The notes beneath the pieces were generated by a model, which was given only the letters and a program-made list of their open reading frames with translations, did no database searches and had not been told where the DNA came from. Shown piece after piece: positions 11,755-23,921 of a stretch of 64,000 bases of DNA (positions within the stretch are counted from its first letter, which is position 1; the number at the start of each line of letters is the position of its first letter). Both the position numbers and the translations under genes were made by a program. Source of the DNA: Mobula hypostoma (Eukaryota); the NCBI RefSeq assembly GCF_963921235.1, contig NC_086097.1, positions 121,150,001-121,214,000 of the forward strand. Direction: 5' to 3'.

Positions 11755-13479
11755 GTGGATACCTCCTCTTATTTACCCCTCTATCGTGACCCCACTAAGG
11801 AGCACCAGGCCATTGTCTCCCACACCATCACCGACTTTATCCGCTCAGGGGATCTCCCATCCACTGCTACCAACCTTATAGTTCCCACACCCCGCACTTC
11901 CCGTTTCTACCTCCTACCCAAGATCCACAAACCTGCCTATCCTGGCCCACCTATTGTCTCAACTTGCTCCTGCCCCACCGAACTCGTTTCTGCATACCTC
12001 GACACGGTTTTATCACCCCTTGTTCAATCCCTTCTCACCTATGTTCGTGACACTTCTCACGCTCTTAAACTTTTCGATGATTTTAAGTTCCCTGGCCCCC
12101 ACCGCTTTATTTTCACCATGGATGTCCAGTCCTTATATACTTCCATCCCCCATCAGGATGGTCTCAAAGCTCTACGCTTCTTTTTGGATTCCAGACCTAA
12201 TCAGTTCCCCTCTACCACCACTCTGCTCCGTCTAGCGGAATTAGTCCTTACTCTTAATAATTTCTCCTTTGGCTCCTCCCACTTCCTCCAAACTAAAGGT
12301 GCAGCTATGGGCACTCGTATGGGTCCTAGCTATGCCTGCCTTTTTGTTGGGTTTGTGGAACAATCTATGTTCCATGCCTATTCTGGTATCCGTCCCCCAC
12401 TTTTCCTTTGCTACATCGACGACTGCACTGGCGCTGCTTCCTGCACGCATGCAGAACTCGTTGACTTTACTAACTTTGCCTCCAACTTTCACCCTGCCCT
12501 CAAGTTTACCTGGTCCATTTCCGACACCTCCCTCCCCTTTCTAGATCTTTCTGTCTCTGTCTCTGGAGACAGCTTATCCACTGATGTCTACTATAAGCCT
12601 ACTGACTCTCACAGCTATCTGGACTATTCCTCTTCTCACCCTGTCTCTTGCAAAAACGCCATCCCCTTCTCGCAATTCCTCCGTCTCCGCCGCATCTGCT
12701 CTCAGGATGAGGCTTTTCATTCTAGGACGAGGGAGATGTCTTCCTCTTTTAAAGAAAGGGGCTTCCCTTCCTCCACTATCAACTCTGCTCTTAAACACAT
12801 CTCCCCCCTTTCACGTACATCTGCTCTCACTCCATTCTCCCGCCACCCCACTAGGAATAGGGTTCCCCTGGTCCTCACCTACCACCCCACCAGCCTCCGG
12901 GTCCAACATATTATTCTCCGTAACTTCCGCCACCTCCAACGGGATCCCACCACTAAGCACATCTTTCCCTCCCCCGCTCTCTCTGCATTCCGCAGGGATC
13001 GCTCCCTCCTCAACTCCCTTGTCCATTCGTCCTCCCCATCCCTCCCCACTGATCTCTCTCCTGGCACTTATCCGTGTAAGCGGAACAAGTGCTACACATG
13101 CCCTTACACTTCCTCCCTTACCACCATTCAGGGCCACAAACAGTCCTTCCAGGTGAGGCAACACTTCACCTGTGAGTCGACTGGGGTGATATATTGCGTC
13201 CGGTGCTCCCGATGTGGCCTTTTATATATTGGCGAGACCCGACGCAGACTGGGAGACCGCTTTGCTGAACATCTACGCTCTGTCTGCCAGAGAAAGCAGG
13301 ATCTCCCAGTGGCCACACATTTTAATTCCACATCCCATTCCCATTCTGACATGTCTATCCACCGCCTCCTCTACTGTAAAGATGAAGCCACACTCAGGTT
13401 GGAGGAACAACACCTTATATTCCGTCTGGGTAGCCTCCAACCTGATGGCATGAACATCGACTTCTCTAACTTCCGCTAA
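11755..13479 (+). CDS. Penelope-like reverse transcriptase plus GIY-YIG endonuclease; open for 574 codons, N-terminus upstream broken by a frameshift and a stop
   Basis: FYLLPKIHK, TMDVQSLYT, GAAMG, YIDD, FLDL, YYKPT; Cys linker CKRNKCYTC; VIYCVRCSRCGLLYIGET..RFAEH..VATHF; IIKPAD in another frame near 11680. Confidence 0.93.
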   Translation: MDTSSYLPLYRDPTKEHQAIVSHTITDFIRSGDLPSTATNLIVPTPRTSRFYLLPKIHKPAYPGPPIVSTCSCPTELVSAYLDTVLSPLVQSLLTYVRDTSHALKLFDDFKFPGPHRFIFTMDVQSLYTSIPHQDGLKALRFFLDSRPNQFPSTTTLLRLAELVLTLNNFSFGSSHFLQTKGAAMGTRMGPSYACLFVGFVEQSMFHAYSGIRPPLFLCYIDDCTGAASCTHAELVDFTNFASNFHPALKFTWSISDTSLPFLDLSVSVSGDSLSTDVYYKPTDSHSYLDYSSSHPVSCKNAIPFSQFLRLRRICSQDEAFHSRTREMSSSFKERGFPSSTINSALKHISPLSRTSALTPFSRHPTRNRVPLVLTYHPTSLRVQHIILRNFRHLQRDPTTKHIFPSPALSAFRRDRSLLNSLVHSSSPSLPTDLSPGTYPCKRNKCYTCPYTSSLTTIQGHKQSFQVRQHFTCESTGVIYCVRCSRCGLLYIGETRRRLGDRFAEHLRSVCQRKQDLPVATHFNSTSHSHSDMSIHRLLYCKDEATLRLEEQHLIFRLGSLQPDGMNIDFSNFR

Positions 13480-13762
13480 TGCCCCACCTCCCCCTCGTAC
13501 CCCATCTGTTACTTATTTTTATGCACACATTCTTTCTCTCACTCTCCTTTTTCTCCCTCTGTCCCTCTGAATATACCTCTTGCCCATCCTCTGGGTCCCC
13601 CCCACCCCTTGTCTTTCTTCCCGGACCTCCTGTCCCATGATCCTCTCGTATCCCCTTTTGCCTATCACCTGTCCAGCTCTTCCCTCCCCCTCCTGTCTTC
13701 TCCTATCATTTTGGATCTCCCCCTCCCCCTCCAACTTTCAAATCCCTTACTCACTCTTCCTT

Positions 13763-13804
13763 CAGTTAGTCCTGACGAAGGGTCTCGGCCTGAAACATCG
13801 ACTG
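13763..13804 (+). ncRNA. Minimal type I hammerhead ribozyme with stem III G>A change (GAAACAUC)
   Basis: CAGTTAGTC CTGACGA AGGGTCTCGGCCT GAAAC ATC GACTG. Confidence 0.75.
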
Positions 13805-14404
13805 CACCTCTTCCTACAGATGCTGCCTGGCCTGCTGCGTTCACCAGCAACTTTTATGCGTGTTGCTTGAATTTCCAGCATCTGCAGAATTCCTGTTGTT
13901 TATAGAGCTGCAATGTTACTTCGTGGGTCTTGAACTTGATTCCCCAAATAATGAAGGCTAACAAAGCCAACGCCTTCTCAAACACCCTATCAATTTGCAC
14001 AACTTTCAGTGTATCCCCTTCTTCACACAGCTAAGAATTCTGCCATTAACATTGTATTCTGCTTCTGTATTAATCAAATATTTTTTTTATTCTGGTTAGA
14101 AAGCTATTAAAAACTGCTTTGTCCTATTTAAACTCTGGACTGAGTATGGCTAGCTGACCAGAAGCCTGATGATATTACAGGTGGTGGGCTCCCTTGAACT
14201 GATGCATGAAGTTCTTGTCACAGATTCTGCTAGATCTTTGTGGCAGAGTTTTCTCACATTCAGAAGCAAAGTGACAGCTGGCACTATTCATTGCAATTTT
14301 TGACTCAATGAATTTTTTATCTGATTGATTTTTTTTCCAGCTATCAGTGCACCAGTCCTAAGATCTGTTTGAATCTATATCACCTGAAATACTTATTATA
14401 ATTG

Positions 14405-15085
14405 TGGGTAACATAATGCTGTTACAGCACCAGTGAATTGGGATCAATTTTTCTGATGCCTGTAAGTAGTTTGTACGTTCTCCCTGTTGTAACGTGAACA
14501 ATATCACCTGACAGACACTAAAGCTAGTGGACATAGAAGTATTTTATTCAACAAAAACGAGCAACAGGCATAATATTGAGACACTCTTGGAGGAAGAGGC
14601 CTCTTGACCCAACATTACATGACTTTTATTATGCTAAAAGGTCAAAAGTAACAGCAGGACAATTCTATAGTTACAATGCTTCCTTTGAATTACATATAGT
14701 TCTTGCACACTTCCTTCTTCGCACCCACACTGCAGACACGCAAAATTGATGTTAATCAGCATTGCCTGGTTTGCAATCAACTCCATCCACAGATCCGGAA
14801 AAACTACTGTTCAGGGCTGCATTTTAAAATCAGGCTACAATCTACATTCATGTTTGAAGAGTGGTTGCTGGTGAAGTTAATATTTGCTATCTATCCTAAC
14901 TCCAGAATATTTCCTAACACTCCCTGTGACCATGTAGATTTTCTCCAGATGTTCTGATTTCCTCCCACATTCCAAAGACATACGGTTAGGGGTAGTAAAT
15001 TATGAGCATGCTATGTTGGCACCGGAAGTTTGGTGACACTTGTGGGCTGCCCCCAGCACAATCCTTGCTGATTTGATTTGACCCA
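14405..15085 (+). mobile_element. tRNA-derived V-domain SINE, split by a solo LTR
   Basis: GTTTGTACGTTCTCCC|TGTGACC..TTCCTCCCACATTCCAAAGAC V-domain; related copies at ~18160, ~54055 and ~57200. Confidence 0.7.
14485..14919 (-). mobile_element. Solo LTR, 435 bp, 5-bp TSD
   Basis: TGTT...AACA termini; CTCCC at 14480-14484 and 14920-14924; minus-strand AATAAA at 14543-14548. Confidence 0.8.
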
Positions 15086-15186
15086 CAGACAGCACCTGAA
15101 GTCAGATCAAGACCACACGTGGAAGGGCATTCAAAGCACTCACCCTGCTCTATGTAAAAAAAAACAACTTGCCTCTGACATCTTGC

Positions 15187-15840
15187 AAACACAAGGAAAT
15201 CTGCAGATGCTGGACCCAACGTAGACTGGGAGATCGTTTCGCTGAACACCTACGCTCTGTCCGCCACAGAAAACAGGATCTCCCAGTGGCCATACATTTT
15301 AATTCCGCATCCCATTCCCATTCTGATATGTCTATCCACAGCCTCCTCTACTGTAAAGATGAAGCCACACTCAGGTTGGAGGAACAACACCTTATATTCC
15401 GTCTGGGTAGCCTCCAACCTGATGGCATGAACATTGACTTCTCTAACTTCCGCTAATGCCCCACCTCCCCCTCATACCCCATCCGTTATTTATTTATTTA
15501 TTTACACATTCTTTTTCTTTCTCTCCTTTTTCTCCCTCTGTCCCTCTCACTATACCCCTTGCCCATTCTCTGGGTTTCCCCCCTCCCCCTTTTCTTTCTC
15601 TCTAGGCCTCCTGTCCCATGATCCTCTCATACCCCTTTTGCCAATCAACTGTCCAGCTCTTGGCTCCATCCCTCCCCCTCCTGTCTTCTCCTATCATTTT
15701 GGATCTCCCCCTCCCCCTTCCACTTTCAAATCTCTTACTAGCTCTTCCTTCAGTTAGTCCTGACGAAGAGTCTCAGCTCGACTGTACCTCTGCCTAGAGA
15801 TGCTGCCGGGCCTGCTGTGTTCACCAGCAACTTTGATGTG
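15187..15840 (+). mobile_element. Penelope-like 3' fragment (EN C-terminus and 3'UTR) with a short inverted 5' cap
   Basis: RRLGDRFAEH..MNIDFSNFR; TSD TCTGACATCTTGC (15174-15186) / TCTGACATACTGC (15841-15853); its hammerhead has lost GAAAC. Confidence 0.9.
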
Positions 15841-16534
15841 TCTGACATACTGCCTATACTCTCCTCCAATCACCTTAAAATTATGCCCTCTCGTATGAAC
15901 AACTACTGCTTTGGGAAAAAGTCTCTGGCAAAACACACAATCTATGCGTCTTATCTTGTACATCTCTAAAAAATCATCTTTCATCCGCCTTCACTCAAAA
16001 GAGAAAAGCCCAATAAGACATGCACATATAGAATGTACCTTTATGAAAGGTACATTCAGGAAGTTAAATGCTCCATATTTCAATTTAAACTCACGGAATA
16101 AAGCTGCAGGCCAACCAGACTATTCTCAGTTTCCACAGGTTCAAGGCTTTTTATTCTTCCATGCTGCTCTGAGCAACTTACTTTCAGTTTAACTAACAAA
16201 GATTCCACTGCCATTTGGCAAGGTTTCCCAGCAATAAAGCTATTTCAGCATACTATGCACCCATGATAAAATGAACAATTAATAACACAGATGTTGTGCT
16301 ACAATCAGAAGAAAGCATGACAAAATAAACACACAAAATTCTCTACGCTTTTGGAGATCAGCACAAATTTGTATATGAAGCTTTTTCATAGAAACACATT
16401 GTTAATATTATTTATGGCATAAACAGATAATCATTACCTTTCCTAAATTACACCAATGATGACACTTCCTTCGTTGGCAACAAAATGCTTTAGAATGACT
16501 TCTTGTAATAAAAGATGCTACAATGAACGTATAC

Positions 16535-16597
16535 CTTGATCTCCTTCACATATTCCAGCTTATTCCTGAAAGCCCCGTCAGAGGAAGAACTACACTT
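16535..16597 (-). CDS. Candidate 63-nt phase-0 coding exon (KCSSSSDGAFRNKLEYVKEIK), gene unknown
   Basis: Minus strand ttttactttaacataacag|AAG...ATCAAG|gtatac; only one open frame; donor is weak. Confidence 0.3.
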
Positions 16598-18159
16598 CTG
16601 TTATGTTAAAGTAAAATTATTATCAAAGTACATATATGTCATCATATTCTACCCTGAAATAAATTTTCTTGTAGGTATTTGCATTAGAAAGAAATATAAT
16701 GGAATCAGTGAAAAGCTACACACAGAGACTGACAAGCAACCAATGTGCAAAAGAAGACAAATTGCAAATACTGGATGGATGGATAGATATTGGATAGATA
16801 AATATTAGTTACACTAGCTAGGCTTAAATAGAGTACAGACTCTTATTCTGGATTGTTCTCAGGCAGTCTGTTGGGATAGAGGATAACTTCCTTGCATCCT
16901 GGTTTTTGGGTGGCCAATGCAGGAACCAGGGTGCAACTACTTCAAATGGGGCTTAAAGTGTCTGACAGAGCAGTCGGTAAAGTACTGCACTACTGCCTTT
17001 CAAGCTGGGCATTTCAGATACTGCATCAATAAACTGCTGTCCCAAAAGGTACAAATTAAATTTACTAGAATGGTACCTGGAAAGAGAGACTTCAGAAATG
17101 TTAATCTGGGAATCTTCTCATCAGAGAATGTTAAGTACAGATTTTATGAACACTTATACAATCTATGAAGGACTTTGACAGAAAATGATACCTTAGACCT
17201 ATTCTTGTTCTCAGTTTCTATAAGGCATCATTTATTACATCAATAGGAAACAGAATTAATTTAATGATACACTAGAGTAAAGCACCAAGGAGAATGCACT
17301 AGTTTTGGATCACTGTTTGATTCAGAAATGAGAAAATTATTTTTTACTTAATAATGTAGATTAAGTCACACGGATGAAAGAAAAATGGAGAGCTATGTAG
17401 GAAGGTAGCGTTAGATTGATCTTCCAGTAGGTTAAAAAGTTGAGGCAGCATCATGACCTGAACAGCCTGTATTGTACTGCAGTGTTCCACTACATATACC
17501 AGTTTGAAATACCACTCTGGTAAGCTCATAACACAACAAAGCATTAGAATGGAACTTTCAATTCCCTGTACAGTAGCTTCTTATCTTTCATGCACAAATA
17601 ATACCAAAACTCTGAATTGTCACAATAAGCTAATGAAAAAGAAAACTTAAAAATAAACATTTCAAAAATAAACTGAATGTCATGCAGGTCTGAGTTTCAG
17701 CCAAATTGTCTGGAATCCAGGAAATGCTCAGTGGCTGCAGGAACCAGAATGAGAAGGTCACAGGGCCCTGAGCATTATAATCAACTTTACCTCTATTTAT
17801 GTATGTATCAGTGTATTTATTAATTAATTACAACTGCACTAACCAATCATTGCTGTGAGCATAAATGTGTTTATTTTTATATATTGGCCTGAAAAACTGT
17901 GTGGCAACAAAGGCTATGTACGCGAGAGCATTTCAGTTACTGCGTGGCCATGCACCCACACAGTGTAAAGGGAACAGTGATTATAATCGGGACTGACATT
18001 GCATTGCTCAGGATGCCATCCCTCAGATAACCCATATAACCAAATGCCCTCCTACTTGTGAAAATTATTATAAAAGATCCAAGGAAAAGCACAACTTCTA
18101 TTTCTCAATAATGTCCCAGATTTATTAGTCATTACTACAATGCTGTTCAGTAGACTGGA

Positions 18160-18375
18160 CCGCATGGTAGTGTCGTGGTTGGCATAGCACTATTACAGCA
18201 CTAGTGACATGGGTTCAATTCCCACCACTGTCCGTAAGGAATTCTCCCCGGGACCATGTGGTTTTCCTCCAGGTGCCCCAATTTCCTCCCACATTCCAAA
18301 GGTGTGCAGGTTAGTAGATTAATTGGTCACATGTTAGTAATTGGGAAGCGTGAACTCGTTGGGTCTGTTATCCTG
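18160..18375 (+). mobile_element. tRNA-derived V-domain SINE
   Basis: Box A-like TGGTAGTGTCGTGG, box B GGTTCAATTCC, V-domain TTTCCTCCCACATTCCAAAG. Confidence 0.8.
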
Positions 18376-21300
18376 CCTTACCACAAAATAAATTTTAAAA
18401 AATACACTTTTCTATCGTATTTAACATCAGTAAGGGCTGGATCTCCCCAGTGATATAACTGTTACTTTGGTACATCTCCGGGACCCAAAAGGCATTTTAT
18501 CAACGCACTTCCCTCCTCAAACGATTTCTTTTGCCAACAGAACATAATTTGTGGCTATTATTAGCAGCTCTAGCAGAGATACTTGTAAAATTCATTTAAA
18601 GAGAAGAGGTATAATCATGAAGATAGCCCTTAAAGACTAAAAATCAGGAATTAAAAATAGCCAGGGAAGTACTTCAGCCATCAGCAAAACCTTTAACTCA
18701 AGTGGTCAGAACAAACTGCCACTAACATCCTTACTCATTATTGGTCACAACGCAGTTTCTGGGGGAACATATGGTGCAGATTTGAACAATATGTCAATTT
18801 ACTTGGCTCACATGAAAGTTGCTTTATCTTGAGGAATTTTGCTATGCTTTATAAACACAAACTATTATGTTAAAAAGTTATGTTTCCTGCACAGGTAACA
18901 GTTAAAAGGAAAGCTATAACTACAAGCCAACTCCCTCATTACAGCCTGCTCCAAAGGAAAAAAAACAATATGATCTCATTGGAATATGAAAGCATATATT
19001 TCACCTGTAGTGACATCAAGATAATCCTAATCCGCCGCTAACTGGTGTTTTGATTGTAAAACTGCAGGGTGTTTTAAATTCTTGGTGTTCTAATTCCCAG
19101 CTGCTGATCAGGACTCAAGTATGCTTTTAATCCTCCCTCAGAGATACAACATAAACAGAAATAACTTCGAAAGACAAATGTTGTGGAATTAAATTCAAAG
19201 AGTTTTAAGTTCAGCAACTGTGACCAAATGGAATAAAAATGTGCCACAAACCGGTGATTAGCATGATATATTTACCCCTGCTATATGTTACAAACAACAG
19301 AAACACCACAGGGCCAAAAGTCTGATTTTCTAACTGGAAATCACTTCACACTCCAACAATGTGAACGGTCATTATCAACTTCTTTCACCAATCCTGTCGA
19401 AGTCCCAGCAGGAGAACCCTCCAGGACCTTCTCTTGGACCAGGTTACTAAATACTCACATTATCAACCACAGGGTCATACTGTTGCCATTACACATTTGT
19501 ACAGCCATCTGTCTTATGTGCAAAATTGAAACTTACATCCGAAAAACTGATAACAAATAACTAATGGTAAGGTGGAATAAAAATCAACAATCAAGTATTT
19601 CTAAAGAGTTCCAAAAGGCAGATGCTAACAGTACCCACGGGGCGGGGGTATAGCAACCAACTGATTTTTTTTTTAAACTTAGTTTCTCATGTTTGTGAAC
19701 TTAATTTTCTATTTAAGCCGAGTACCACTACCACAAATTTTTTGTTTGAGTGAAACCAAAAATAGAAGCACTCAACCACAAAGGAGTAACCTCTGCTTCA
19801 AGCATGAACAGTTCCATATTTCACAAAAGTACCAAAATTAACCACTAGAATACACATGGCCTGATAATATTTCTACCACTTACCCAGTTATTTGAAATTC
19901 AATACACTGGGATCCAATGCATAAGAGCTTTAAATTTGTTCACCAAAGGTGTTGTTTTTCAGAGATGTGATATATCAATAGATAGAATCTGCACCGTAAA
20001 CTCATACCATCCTTTTCTCATTTATATACGACTTCATGCTTATGACAAGCCCATTTACTGCCCACATTTATGTTATAAATCAAACTAAGATTTCCCATTC
20101 ATCAATCTGAGTCACTCTTATCACTTACCGGAATACAAAACTAAGATGTGTTTACATAACCCTTTGGATCGAACGTTAGGCTTAGTCCACACTAAGTGCT
20201 GTACTCACAATTCCAACACTTTGAGTCACCAGATATTAATCTGTAAGATGTTTGCACAAAACAGCACAGCTAATAGCAACTGTGTGTAACAGAAGCAAGA
20301 TCCTTGCTAAAACATACTCACTGGGACAATAGTTAGAAAAAGACTTTCATTTATATAGCACATGGCATTTACCTTTCAGCCAATGTATTCTCAAGTCATC
20401 ATTGCTAACACAGTAAATGCAGCAGCCAATTTGCATGGAACAAACTCCCACCAACAGCAACACGGTAATCACCATCTGTTTTAGTAATATTAATTGAGGA
20501 ATGAATAATGGTTTGGATTTACTTTAAACTCATAGGTTCCTACATTATATCAAAATGAGTAGACATAACCACAATTCAACATCTCACAAAAGGCAGTGAT
20601 CAACATTCCACTGTAGTTTCTCTAGATTATTGTACTCAGAAGAATCCTACCAATTGAAACACAGCCGATACTCTGATACTAGGGGCAAAATAGTCAGGTT
20701 ACATAGATAAATGTTCCATTCTCTTGAATATTGAAGATTAAGTGGTGATTGAACTCTAAAGCAGTTTGACAGATTTTATATGGTAGAGGGAATCTAATCC
20801 TTAGATTTGAGACTCCAGAACAAAGAAGCATAACCTGTTGAAGGGTGAGATATTGAAAAAAGACTTCGCACAGAGTGATAGAAATCTGGACCTCTGTCCA
20901 GTGAAAAATTATATGATCAAGCACACTTATGCCATAATGTTTTTCAATATGATAATGCAATTAAATTTGCAGAAACTTTTTAAAACATTGAGAATATTCC
21001 AATAGTTGCTTTACTTAGGATGCTTTTGGCCTATTTTTGAGTTTTCAGATTGTCGTATTTGACCGTATTATATTACCAGTTTTAATTGAACCATGAATTC
21101 TTGATGAAGGTTTTCTATGCCACTACCTGTCCATTTGCGATGTCTACTCTTTTGTTTAGTTCTTTTTTTAAAAATTAAAATCACAATCTCAGTTCCAGCT
21201 ATGCCATCACTCATCCTTTCTGGACTCTCCCCAACAGGAATACATAAGCTCACTGGATTCCAAAGCTAAAATTAGCCAGTTAAACAGGGATGAAGGCCCA

Positions 21301-21420
21301 AATCAAGAAAACCTTCCTACTTGAAAGGGATGTGGAAACAGATTCAAGTAAAAACCTTCAAGACAATGTCTTAAGGGATAACAAGTGGAGGTAAAAGATC
21401 AGAGAAGTAGAGCTACTTAT

Positions 21421-21578
21421 AAACACAAGTGATTCTGCAGATGCTGGAAACTCAGAACAACACACAATTTGGGCTGAGACTCTTGGTCAGTCAACGATTT
21501 GGGCTTCATCAATTGTCTGTTTATTCCTCTCCAGAGATGTTGCCTGACCTGCTGAGTACCTCCAGTATTTTGTGTTGC
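21421..21578. mobile_element. Short Penelope-derived foldback insertion
   Basis: Inverted terminal tail followed by forward 3' end; degenerate TSD AGTAGAGCTACTTAT / AGTAGATCGACTTAT. Confidence 0.65.
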
Positions 21579-22104
21579 AGTAGATCGACTTATGTTTTTC
21601 AAAGAGATGGCACAGAACAATGGACCACATTTTCTATTATGCGGCATCATATTATGTTGCTAATAATTGCTGCAAAATAGGCTACTTAAAGGGTGGCATA
21701 AGGAATCTGATGTGATTATAAGAACCGATGATAATAAAAGGCCTGATTATGCCATGGGAAAACAAAAGAATGCCTGCACAATGGAATTTAACTCAAGGCC
21801 CATTGGTTCAGCAACTGAGCTTCAGAAGTCTCAATAAAATGTGTTTATCATACAATTTCACATTTTGACAGAACATTTATAACAAGAGCTTAGAGAAACA
21901 CACTTGATATAGACTGTGCAAGTACAAGAAGTGACAGACAGTAATCATTAGCAATAACAGGGTTTCAGTTTACAATCCAAAAGCAGCCTGCGGCCCAATC
22001 AACTGCATTATAATTAGTTAATGAACATTTGAAAGATTATCACATTCAAATGATAACGTGAAGCCTGGAGTCATTACTAAGCTGATCTATTATTTATTAC
22101 CATT

Positions 22105-23705
22105 ACTTGAACAGACCAACTGGCAGACACTCAAGGAGGCTACCACAAATAGAACAGACACAGATCTTGAGGAATATGCCTCATCTGTCAGGAGCAACAT
22201 TAGTAAGTGTGTAGATGACTTTGGTACCTCAAGAATGGGCAGCTCACAACCCAGCCAGAAGCACCGGCTGAATGCAGAGGTGCGCTCCCTAGTAAAGGCC
22301 TGGCACGCAGCCTTCTAGTCCGGTGACAGAACAGCTCTCAGAGCAGCCTGGAGAAGACAGTCTGCACACAAGAAATTCAGGAAAACTTGTCTGATAACCA
22401 TCCCTGGGTATGTGGCTGGGTATCAAGGGCATTACTGACTACACAAGGAAAATCAGCGTCGGCTGAACCAGTGATGCCCCCCTCTCTAATGCTCTACCAA
22501 CTGTTATGCATGCTTCGAGGCACGCAACACAATGCCAGATACAAAAGCCAGCCTCCTCTCCTGTGAGCAGCCACTATCTGTGACAGCAGCAGACGTGACA
22601 GGGACTGTGTAGAATCAACCCCTGTAAGGCAACTGAGCCAAACAACATCCCGGGGGGTGCACAACAGCTCACTGACTTCTTCATGGACATCATCTCCCTC
22701 CCGAACATCCTCAAAATGGGTGTCCTTGCAGCACAGTGTGCTGAGTCCATTTTGTTCACGTATGACTGCATGGCCAAAGACCAGAGCAATCACATTGTCA
22801 AGTTCACTGATGACAGGACAGTGGTCACACTCATCACCAACAATGATGAGACAGCCTACAGAGAGGAGGTGGAAGAGCATGAGGCTTGGTGCCAGGCAAA
22901 TAACCTCTTCCTTAATGTCAACAAGACAAAAGAGATGGTTATCGACTTCAGAAGAACTCACACCATTTACATCCCTCTTTATATTGGTGACACAGCAGTG
23001 AAAACTGTAAGTAGTTTCAAACTCCTGGGAGTACACATCACACACACCCTCTCATGATCCCAGTAGTTAAGAAATCTCACCAACAACTCTACTTTCTGAC
23101 GAGGCTGAAGACAGCCAGACTATGCACATCAATACGCACATCATTCTACAGATGCGCAGTAGCAAGCATTCCAACAAGCTGCATCACTGCATGGTTTGGA
23201 AACTGCACTGTGGCAGACAGGAATACTCTACAACAGGTAGTCAAAATTGCCCAATGCACTACTGGCACCTGCCTACCCACTATCAAGGACATATGTACAG
23301 AAAAGGTGTCGGAAAAGGGCCAGTAACATCATGAAGGACCCCCACATCCAGCTCATGGACTGTTTGTCCCACTCCCATCAGGGCAGAGGCTACGTAGCAT
23401 TGACACCAGGACCACCAGACTCAAAAACAGATACTTTCAACACCTCTACCCACTAACTCTACCCTCTACCACTACTTCTTTTATTTCCCGTCAGGCACTT
23501 TATGTATATCCTAGCCTCACTTTATGGACATACAATCAATCTACGTCTATAAGCTATCTTATGTATTTACATTTATTGCGTTTTTTAAATTATTATTGTG
23601 TTCATTATATTGTGGGTTATTTTGTGGGGTTTTTTGTGCTGTGCCGGATCCGGAGTAACAATTCTTTCATTCTCCTTGCACTTGTAATAATATTGAATTC
23701 TTGAA
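22105..23705 (+). mobile_element. Old, internally deleted Rex1/Babar LINE
   Basis: KFTDD, LNVNKTKEMVIDFR, FKLLG, FYRCAV motifs; T-rich 3'UTR. Confidence 0.85.
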
Positions 23706-23921
23706 TTAACTTGAAAGTTCTTACCATAATATAAAGGGATTTAACTACTAAAATTACACATCATTCTCAGGGCTAAAGCTATCATCATCATCGAGGACAC
23801 TTTCAATGGGTGATGCCTCAATAAGGCGGTATCCATCTTTAAGGACCCTCACCATCCAGGACACGACCCGTTCTCAAAGTTCAAAGTAAAATTTATTATC
23901 ATTGTACAAACATGTCACCAC

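Larger units (their letters stand above)
10080..13900 (+). mobile_element. Penelope-like element (Neptune-type) with inverted 5' arm
   Basis: RT-GIY-YIG ORF; 10081-10881 is a near-identical reverse complement of 13047-13843; 13-bp TSD TATAGAGCTGCAA at 10067-10079 and 13901-13913. Confidence 0.95.
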
